A stretch of 64,000 nucleotides of DNA, taken from contig CAVYIE010000004.1 of the NCBI GenBank assembly GCA_963768615.1, forward strand, positions 624,406 through 688,405, written 5' to 3'. The notes below the pieces were generated by a model that saw only the letters and a program-made list of their open reading frames with translations, searched no databases and was not told the DNA's origin. Shown in pieces: positions 57,227 to 64,000 of the stretch. This DNA is from Candidatus Eiseniibacteriota bacterium. Lineage in GTDB: Bacteria; Eisenbacteria; RBG-16-71-46; JABDJR01. Each line of letters opens with the position of its first letter. Within the stretch, counting starts at the first letter, position 1. Position numbers and translations under genes: made by a program.

Positions 57227-58420
57227 ATGTCCGACACCCCGACGCCCGTTCCGGGCCTGGCCAAGTCCACCCTCATCCGGGAGCTGGTGGACCTCTCCCG
57301 GTTCACCGAGGGCATCCTCCGCACCATGGGCTCGGCGGTGGTGGCCATGGACGCCGCGGGCCGGGTGGCCTACGTGAACCCGGCCGCGGAGTCCCTGCTC
57401 GACCGCCCCGCCTCCGCCCTGCTCAACCGCCCCGCCGACGAGGTCCTGGTCACCCGGAGCGGGAGCAGCCTGGTCGGGGACGCTCCCGAGGAGGCGGCGG
57501 GGGAGGTGGACCTGAAGCTCCACGACGGGCGGCTGGTCACCGTGGAGGCCCGCATCTCCCATCACCAGGGGAAGAACGGCGAGGAGGAGGGGGTGGTGGC
57601 CATCCTCACCGACCGCACCGACGTGAAGCGGGCGGAGGAGGAATCCCGGCGGAAGGAGCGGCTGGCCTCCCTGGGCGAGCTCTCGGCCGGGGTGGCCCAC
57701 GAGATCCGCAACCCGCTGGCCGGCATCGCCGCCGGGGCCCAGCTTCTCCGCTCCCGGCTGGGGGAGGGGGACGAGCGGACCCGGCTCACCGACATGATCC
57801 TGGAGGAGTCGGCCCGCCTGGAGCGGATCGTGGAGAGCCTGCTCCAGTTCGCCCGGCCTCCCCAGCCCCGGCTCCAGGAGTCCGACCTGGCCTCGGCGGT
57901 GGCCCGCTCCCTGGACCTGGTGGCCGAGGACGCGGCCCGGCGGGGCGTGGAGGTGCGCCGCGAGCTGGCCTCCGGACTCCCCCGGCTGTGGATCGATCCC
58001 GAGCAGATGGTGCAGGTGCTCCTGAACCTGCTCCGCAACGCCGTCCAGGCCATGGACGGGGGAGGGACCCTCACCGTGGCCCTGCGCCGCGTCTCCCGGA
58101 GGGCCTACATCCGCCGGCGGGCGGGACGGCGGGACGAGGACCCCGAGCGGCTGCCCGGACGCCAGGGTCCGCTCCAGGACTGGCTGGAGATCGAGGTCAC
58201 CGACACCGGCCAGGGCATCGAGCCGGAGGCCCTGGAGCGGGTCTTCAATCCCTTCTACACCACCCGGCGGAGCGGCACCGGCCTCGGGCTCTCCATCACC
58301 CAGGCCATCGTCCAGGAACACTGTGGCATGATCTCCTGCAGCAGCGAGCCCGGCCGCGGCACCACCTTCCTGGTGGATCTGCCGGTGGAGAAGCGCCAGC
58401 GGCGCCGGCGCGGAGCCTAA
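57227..58420 (+). CDS. PAS sensor histidine kinase (NtrB/PilS-like)
   Basis: YVNPAAE PAS domain, GELSAGVAHEIRNPL, NLLRNA, DTGQG and GTGLGL motifs. Confidence 0.93.
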   Translation: MSDTPTPVPGLAKSTLIRELVDLSRFTEGILRTMGSAVVAMDAAGRVAYVNPAAESLLDRPASALLNRPADEVLVTRSGSSLVGDAPEEAAGEVDLKLHDGRLVTVEARISHHQGKNGEEEGVVAILTDRTDVKRAEEESRRKERLASLGELSAGVAHEIRNPLAGIAAGAQLLRSRLGEGDERTRLTDMILEESARLERIVESLLQFARPPQPRLQESDLASAVARSLDLVAEDAARRGVEVRRELASGLPRLWIDPEQMVQVLLNLLRNAVQAMDGGGTLTVALRRVSRRAYIRRRAGRRDEDPERLPGRQGPLQDWLEIEVTDTGQGIEPEALERVFNPFYTTRRSGTGLGLSITQAIVQEHCGMISCSSEPGRGTTFLVDLPVEKRQRRRRGA

Positions 58421-58435
58421 CCCGATGAGGATTCG

Positions 58436-59857
58436 ATGAGCGGCCCCGAACGATCCCCGGAAAGCCGTCCCTACGGCGTCCTGGTGGTGGACGACGAACG
58501 CACCCTGCGCTTCACCCTGGCCGAGAGCCTGCGCGACGAGGGCTACCGGGCCTGGGAGGCGGCGGACGGGAGCGAGGCCTTCGCCGCCCTGCGGGAGCAG
58601 AGCGTGGACGTGGTGCTCCTGGACATGCGCCTGCAGGAATCGGGGGAGAACGGCCTCGTCATCCTGAAGAGCATCAAGAAGGACTACCCCGAGGTCGAGG
58701 TGGTGATGATGACCGCCTACGGCCAGTTCGACCACGCGGTGGAGGCGACCAAGTCCGGCTGCTTCCAGTTCGTGGGCAAGCCCTTCCAGCTCGACCAGAT
58801 CAAGCTGGTGGTGCGGGGGGCGCTGGAGAACGCGTCCCTGCGCCGCGAGGTGGAGGTGCTGCGCCGGGGGAGCCGGGGCCGGTTCCCGTTGGACCAGGTG
58901 GTGGTGGACAGCCGGGCCATGGCCGATGTGCTGGCCACGGTGGAGAAGGTGGCCCGGAGCCGGGCCACCGTCCTCCTCACCGGGGAGACGGGGAGCGGCA
59001 AGGAGGTGGTGGCGCGCGCGGTGCACCGGGCCTCGGACGTGGCCGGGGGCCCCTTCGTGGCCGTCAACTGCAGCGCGGTGCCCGAGAACCTCCTGGAGTC
59101 CGAGCTCTTCGGCTACGAGAAGGGCGCCTTCACCGACGCCAAGAACCGCAAGAAGGGGATGTTCGAGCTCGCCGACCACGGCACCCTGTTCCTGGACGAG
59201 ATCGGGGACATGGCGGCGGGGGTCCAGGCCAAGCTCCTCCGGGTGCTGGAGACCGGCACCTTCAAGCGCCTGGGCGGCACCGGGGACATCCAGGTCGAGG
59301 TGCGGGTGGTGGCCGCCACCAACAAGGACCTCAAGGCCGAGGTGGCCGGGAACCGCTTCCGCGAGGATCTCTACTACCGGCTGGCCGTGGTGCCCATCCG
59401 CATTCCTCCCCTGCGGGAACGGACCGAGGCCGTGCTCCCCCTGGCCCGGTTCTTCCTGGACCACCTGAACCGGGAGATGGGCCGGAGCGTGGAGGGGTTC
59501 ACCCCCGAGGCGGAGCGGGCCCTGACCGCCTACGCCTGGCCGGGCAACGTGCGCGAGCTCCGGAACGTGGTCGAGCGCGCGCTCCTTCTCTCCTCCGGGA
59601 ACCGGATCGAACCCTCGGCCCTCTCCCTGGAGGTGCTGGGAACGGATCCCGCCCCGGACCGGAGCGGCGGGGAACTCCCCCCCGACTCCGGGGCCTGGTC
59701 CCTGGCCGACGCCGAGCGCTACGCCATCCGCATGGCCCTGCGCCGCTTCGAGGGGAACAAGACCCGGGCCGCCGAGGCCCTGGGCGTCTCCCGGCAGACC
59801 CTGCGGGCCAAGGTCAAGGACTACGGCCTGGACGAGGGGGCCGGCGCCGGGGACTAG
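58436..59857 (+). CDS. NtrC-family sigma54-dependent response regulator
   Basis: Receiver domain, GETGSGKE, GAFTDA, WPGNVREL, Fis HTH. Confidence 0.95.
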   Translation: MSGPERSPESRPYGVLVVDDERTLRFTLAESLRDEGYRAWEAADGSEAFAALREQSVDVVLLDMRLQESGENGLVILKSIKKDYPEVEVVMMTAYGQFDHAVEATKSGCFQFVGKPFQLDQIKLVVRGALENASLRREVEVLRRGSRGRFPLDQVVVDSRAMADVLATVEKVARSRATVLLTGETGSGKEVVARAVHRASDVAGGPFVAVNCSAVPENLLESELFGYEKGAFTDAKNRKKGMFELADHGTLFLDEIGDMAAGVQAKLLRVLETGTFKRLGGTGDIQVEVRVVAATNKDLKAEVAGNRFREDLYYRLAVVPIRIPPLRERTEAVLPLARFFLDHLNREMGRSVEGFTPEAERALTAYAWPGNVRELRNVVERALLLSSGNRIEPSALSLEVLGTDPAPDRSGGELPPDSGAWSLADAERYAIRMALRRFEGNKTRAAEALGVSRQTLRAKVKDYGLDEGAGAGD

Positions 59858-60110
59858 CCCGGCCGGGTCCGGCGCGGGCCGGGCGGCCCCGCCCCCCCGG
59901 GCGGGTTCGGGCCGGCCCGGATGATTTCCGACCACCTCCGCCCCCGGTCCGGGCCTTCGGTGTCCGCCCCCCGAGGCCCCGGCGCGGAGCCTCGGACCGG
60001 CGGTCGCCGTCCCCGGAGCAGGGATCCCGCCTTCCAACTCCCGCAATTCCAGAGTGTTGCTCCCCCGATCGTGCCGTTCGCACGCCCCCGGGGCGGGATC
60101 GGGGCCGGGC

Positions 60111-60126
60111 TGGCCCCGCTCTTGCA
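60111..60126 (+). promoter_or_regulatory. sigma54 promoter for flhG-fliA
   Basis: TGGCCCC-GCTC-TTGCA, correct GG-N10-GC spacing. Confidence 0.8.
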
Positions 60127-60231
60127 AAAGTGATTCCCCGCGGTCCGAGCCCGGGCTCACCCGGCTTCCGGACCGGACGGACGGATTCCCCGCCGGCCCG
60201 GCGAGCGCCGCCGGACCCGCGGGGGAAGCGC

Positions 60232-61218
60232 GTGGGGGACGCACCGGTGAACGGACGGGACGGATTCGGAACGCGGGACGGGATCGCGGTGGGGCCCAGG
60301 CCGCGGCTCAAGCTGGTGCCGGGGGGACGGCCCGGCCTCGAGACGCCCCGCCCCCGGAGCCTGGCTCCGCTGCGCACCCTGGCCCTGGCCAGCGGCAAGG
60401 GCGGCGTGGGCAAGACCAGCCTCGCCGTGAACCTGGCCCTGGCCCTGGCCGATCTCCGCCAGCGGGTGCTGGTGGTGGACGGCGACCTGGGCCTGGGGAA
60501 GCTGGACCTGCTCATCGGGGCCACCCCGACGCTGCATCTCGGCCACGTCCTGGCCGGGGAGTGCGACATCCTGGATGCGGTGATCACCGGCCCCCGCGGG
60601 GTCCGGTTCCTGCCCGGCGCCTGCGGCGAGGGTTCCCTGGCCGTGCTGGATCCTCTTCGGCGCCGCCGGCTCCTCGAGAGCCTGGATCGCTTCCGGGGCG
60701 CGGTGGACCTGGTCATCCTGGACCTGGCCACCGGGATCGGACCCAACGCCCTGGAGCTCGCCCGCGGCGCGGACGAGGTGGGCGTGGTCACCACCCCCGA
60801 GCCCACCGCCTACGCCGACGCCTACGCCCTGATCAAGCTTCTCTCCGGACGCGGTTCGCTGCCGCCCCGGATCGTGGTCAACCGGACCCGCGACGAGGAG
60901 GAGGGCCGCGAGACCTTCCTCCGCATCTCCACCACCGCCAAGCGGCACCTCGGGGTGTCCCCGACCTTCTGGGGCGCCATTCCCGAGGACGCGGCGGTGC
61001 AGGACGCGGTCCGCGGCCAGCTTCCCTTCACCCTGAGCGCGCCGGACGCCCCGGCCAGCCGCCACGTGCGGGAGCTGGCCTGGCGGATCGTGCGGGGCCG
61101 GCACCCCGACGGGGGGAACCGTGTTCCCGCGGCGGGGTTCGCCCCGTCCCCGGCCGCTCCCGGATCGCTCCGGCGGAGTGCCGCCGCCGGTGGACCGCCG
61201 CTGCCCGAGGCGGCCTGA
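60232..61218 (+). CDS. flhG: FlhG/FleN-type MinD-like ATPase (start 60232 or 60247)
   Basis: ASGKGGVGKT deviant Walker A, DGDLGLGKLD and TTPEPTAYADAYALIK motifs; adjacent to fliA. Confidence 0.88.
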   Translation: MGDAPVNGRDGFGTRDGIAVGPRPRLKLVPGGRPGLETPRPRSLAPLRTLALASGKGGVGKTSLAVNLALALADLRQRVLVVDGDLGLGKLDLLIGATPTLHLGHVLAGECDILDAVITGPRGVRFLPGACGEGSLAVLDPLRRRRLLESLDRFRGAVDLVILDLATGIGPNALELARGADEVGVVTTPEPTAYADAYALIKLLSGRGSLPPRIVVNRTRDEEEGRETFLRISTTAKRHLGVSPTFWGAIPEDAAVQDAVRGQLPFTLSAPDAPASRHVRELAWRIVRGRHPDGGNRVPAAGFAPSPAAPGSLRRSAAAGGPPLPEAA

Positions 61219-61258
61219 ACCCGTGACCTCACCGACTACCCGAAGGAGACCCACCGAC

Positions 61259-62032
61259 ATGGCCACGCAGCGCATCGCCACCCGCACCACGCCCGATCTT
61301 CCCGCCAAGCCGGGAAGCTGGAGCAAGCCGTCCAAGGACGAGGCCTACCGCCGCTATGCCCCGCTCATGAAGTACGTGGTGGACCGCGTGGCCTCCAACG
61401 TGCCCAAGTACGTGGAACGGGACGACCTGCTCAACGCCGCCGCCCTGGGGCTGTTCGATGCCCTGGAGAAGTACGACAGCGGCAAGGGAACCAAGTTCGA
61501 AACCTACGCGGTGTGGCGGATCCGGGGCGCGGTGCTGGACGAGCTGCGGGCCATGGACTGGGCCAGCCGTTCGGTGCGGCGCAAGGCGCGCCACGTGGAC
61601 ACCCTCACCCGGGACCTGGACCAGCGTCTGGGCCGGGCGGCCAGCGACGACGAGCTGGCCGAGGCCATGGAGATCTCCTCCACCGAGATGGCCCGGGTGC
61701 TGGAGGAGGTGCGCGGAGTGGTGCTCCTCTCCCTCAACCAGTCCCCCAACGACACCGAGGAAGGCCATTCGGGCGGCCTGGCCGAGGTGATCGAGGATCC
61801 CAACACCGAGGACGCCCTGGACGAGATCGAGAAGCAGCAGCTCTCCGAGGTGCTGGTGGACGTGATCAGCGATCTCTCCGAGCAGGAGAAGCTGGTGCTC
61901 GCCCTCTACTACTACGAGGAGATGACCTTGAAGGAGATCGGCCAGACCCTGGGCATCTCCGAGAGCCGGGTCTCCCAGATCCACACCAAGGCGATCTCCC
62001 GCCTCCGGGGGCGGATGCGGCGCGCCGCCTGA
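61259..62032 (+). CDS. fliA: FliA/WhiG-family sigma factor (sigma28)
   Basis: DDLLNAAALGL, KFETYAVWRIRGAVLDELRAMDWASRSVR and LKEIGQTLGISESRVSQIH motifs. Confidence 0.95.
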   Translation: MATQRIATRTTPDLPAKPGSWSKPSKDEAYRRYAPLMKYVVDRVASNVPKYVERDDLLNAAALGLFDALEKYDSGKGTKFETYAVWRIRGAVLDELRAMDWASRSVRRKARHVDTLTRDLDQRLGRAASDDELAEAMEISSTEMARVLEEVRGVVLLSLNQSPNDTEEGHSGGLAEVIEDPNTEDALDEIEKQQLSEVLVDVISDLSEQEKLVLALYYYEEMTLKEIGQTLGISESRVSQIHTKAISRLRGRMRRAA

Positions 62033-62056
62033 TCCCCGGGCGCCGGCCGTGAACGG

Positions 62057-62072
62057 CGGCACGGCCCTTGCA
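62057..62072 (+). promoter_or_regulatory. sigma54 promoter for the GAF/GGDEF-like gene
   Basis: CGGCACG-GCCC-TTGCA, 24 bp after the fliA stop. Confidence 0.85.
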
Positions 62073-62378
62073 ATTTGCATGACCGGCGGGGCGATCCGCC
62101 CGGCCGGAGATCACATCGAACGGGGGGGAAGACTTGGACGCAGCCGACCGAACCGCCGGCGAACGACCCGAAACGGCCCTGGAGGGGTCTTTCGGGGGTG
62201 CCGCCGGCCCGGTCGGGGGCCCGCCGGACCCGGGGGGGACCGGCGGCCCGGACCGGCCTCGCATTGCGCGACGGCCGATTCCTGACCGGTGGAACGGACG
62301 ATTCCCGACCACCGGCTCCCGGTCCAGCCTCCGCCCCGGACGCACCCTGACCCGACACCCAGACGGAGGGACCCTCGC

Positions 62379-63671
62379 GTGAAGACGACCCGCAAGCGCA
62401 CCTCGGCCAAGACCGCCGCCGGCAAGACCGCCGCCGGCAAGACCGATCGCAAGACCGCCAGGAGCCGTCCCACCGCCGCCAAGGCGGCCCGGGAGAAGGT
62501 GGCCCTGGTGGAGAGCCTCCAGGGCATGGGCCTGCTGGAGCAGACCGAGGCCGAACGCCTGGAGAAGAAGGCCGAAACCCTGGGGGCGGAGAAGAGTTCC
62601 GAGGGTCTGAACCGGGCCGCGGGCTGGGACCGGAACCTGCGGACCAGCCTGGAAGGATTCTCGGTGTCCGGCGGGGACAAGAACGCCGCCCACGCCCTCC
62701 AGGCCCTGATGCTCTGGCAGGGTGGGCTGGCCGGGCTCTCCGCCGATCCCGAGGGCATCGGCGAGGCCATCGGCGCTCTGAGGAAGGTGGTTCCGTACTC
62801 GGGGGCCACGCTCTTCCTCCGCGATCCCGACCGGCAGACGGTGAGGCCGGTGGTGTCCCTGGGCATCCCGGTCGACCTGATCAGCCGGATCCGGTTCAGC
62901 GAGGGGATGGGTTTCTCCTCCTGGGTGGCCGGGCGCCGGAAGCCGGTGCTCTACGCCTCCCTGCACCGCAACGAGGCCCCGGGGGAAGACCGGGTGCGGT
63001 CCTTCATCTCCGTGCCCCTGGTGGTGGGGGAGGCCTGCGTGGGGGTGCTGAACCTGGGCCATCACGAGGACGGATTCTACGGCCCGGCCCACCTCCGGAC
63101 CCTGATCCTGGCCGCGGCGGTGCTGGCGTCGCTGGTCCAGCGCCACGTGGCCCTGAACCAGATCGCGGAGCGGGAGATCCGCGACCCGAAGACCGGGCTG
63201 GCCACCGCCGGGTACCTGCGCTCCCGGCTGGAGGAGGAGGTGGTCCGCTGCCGCGAGCTGGGCCACTCCATGAGCCTCCTCGTGTTCCGCCTCAACGAGC
63301 TGGAAGAGCACGTGGAGCGGTTCGGACCCGAGTATCGCGGGCGCTGCCGGTCGGAGCTGGCCGAGCTGGTCTCGGCCTGGCGGGAGCCCTCCGAGCTGGT
63401 GGGCCACGGGACCGACGACCGGGTGGTGGTGATCCTCCCCTCGGCGCGCCGGGAGAAGGCGGAAGCCCGGGCGGCCGCTCTCCGCGAGGCCCTCGAGAAG
63501 CACAACTTCCCCCGGCGCAAGCGGATGACCGTCGGCCTGGGCCTGGCCACCTATCCCGCCGACGCAGAAGCGGCTCAAGATCTATACGATGCCGCCGATA
63601 AGGCGTTGTATGACACGGCGCGAACCCGGCCCGGAGAACCGGCCGGGATCCAGCCTATGGCCCTGTCCTGA
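62379..63671 (+). CDS. GAF plus degenerate GGDEF-domain protein with a Lys/Ala-rich N-terminus
   Basis: GAF domain (GEGMGF-like ..WVA...SFISVPL...VGVLNL); DPKTGL, GTDDR in place of GG(D/E)EF, and ADKALY motifs; GGAGG RBS. Confidence 0.85.
   Translation: MKTTRKRTSAKTAAGKTAAGKTDRKTARSRPTAAKAAREKVALVESLQGMGLLEQTEAERLEKKAETLGAEKSSEGLNRAAGWDRNLRTSLEGFSVSGGDKNAAHALQALMLWQGGLAGLSADPEGIGEAIGALRKVVPYSGATLFLRDPDRQTVRPVVSLGIPVDLISRIRFSEGMGFSSWVAGRRKPVLYASLHRNEAPGEDRVRSFISVPLVVGEACVGVLNLGHHEDGFYGPAHLRTLILAAAVLASLVQRHVALNQIAEREIRDPKTGLATAGYLRSRLEEEVVRCRELGHSMSLLVFRLNELEEHVERFGPEYRGRCRSELAELVSAWREPSELVGHGTDDRVVVILPSARREKAEARAAALREALEKHNFPRRKRMTVGLGLATYPADAEAAQDLYDAADKALYDTARTRPGEPAGIQPMALS
63575..63601 (+). 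promoter_or_regulatory. sigma28 promoter embedded in the 3' end of the GGDEF-like gene
   Basis: TCAAG-N14-GCCGATAA, 94 bp before ATG 63696; built from codons rare in this genome (GCT CAA GAT CTA). Confidence 0.7.
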
Positions 63672-63695
63672 TCCAGGAGGGCGGTGCGGACCCAC

Positions 63696-64000
63696 ATGAC
63701 CGAACACCAAGACGTTCCGTTCAACCCCGAGATCCGGCCCCGGCTCCTGGTCGTGGACGACGAGGAGAACGTGGTCCAGATCCTCCAGGATCTGTTCAGC
63801 GAGCGCCCCTACGACGTGGACACGGTCACCTCGGGGGAGGAGGCGCTGGAACGGCTGGAGGCCAACCGGTACGACCTGCTCCTCACCGACATCAACCTTC
63901 CCGGAGTGAACGGGCTGAAGGTGGTGGAGGCGGCCAAGAACGCCGATCCCGACATCGTGATGATCGTCATCACCGGTTACGCCTCCACCGGGACCGCCAT
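63696..64000 (+). CDS. Response-regulator receiver-domain protein (partial)
   Basis: LLVVDDEE...LLLTDINLPGVNG...ITGYAS; AGGAGG upstream; truncated by the window end. Confidence 0.9.
   Translation, partial: MTEHQDVPFNPEIRPRLLVVDDEENVVQILQDLFSERPYDVDTVTSGEEALERLEANRYDLLLTDINLPGVNGLKVVEAAKNADPDIVMIVITGYASTGTA

Noticed and set aside
1-64000. tRNA, rRNA, CRISPR arrays, IS elements, prophage
   Set aside because: No cloverleaf motifs, rRNA signatures, repeat arrays, transposase, integrase or phage genes recognised by eye; a tRNAscan/Infernal run would be needed to exclude small RNAs

Overview
High-GC bacterial chromosome segment (about 70%+ GC by eye). A T9SS/FlgD-like C-terminal domain and beta-helix lipoproteins suggest an FCB-related candidate lineage, while several modules are Myxococcota-like; the taxonomy is inference only. 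Layout: 0.8-4.7 kb Tat-exported PaoABC-like molybdoenzyme; 4.8-18.8 kb accessory genes (YjbQ, tricorn protease, YigZ, secreted proteins, SDR, MarC, M14 peptidase); 19.2-40 kb dcw cluster (mraZ-STAS-rsmH-ftsL-ftsI-murEF-mraY-murD-ftsW-murG-murC-murB-ftsQ-ftsA-ftsZ-TPR, no ddl); then rpmB and recG; 44-64 kb a regulatory region. The most interesting signal is a promoter-level cascade readable in the DNA. Three near-consensus sigma54 promoters precede a 63-aa Cys-rich ORF plus two-component operon, flhG-fliA, and a GAF/degenerate-GGDEF gene. Two matching sigma28 (FliA) promoters, TCAAG-N14-GCCGATA, precede an MglA-type GTPase with a long tail and a response regulator. No flagellar structural genes, flhF or flgM are in the window. 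Also notable: MurG with a 365-residue Arg/Gly/Glu/Ser-rich disordered N-terminal extension, and a non-phosphorylatable STAS gene inside the dcw operon. Five single-base frameshifts at G/C runs, two in essential genes, look like sequencing or assembly errors. I saw no tRNA, rRNA, CRISPR array or mobile element. All motif calls were made by eye, without database searches.
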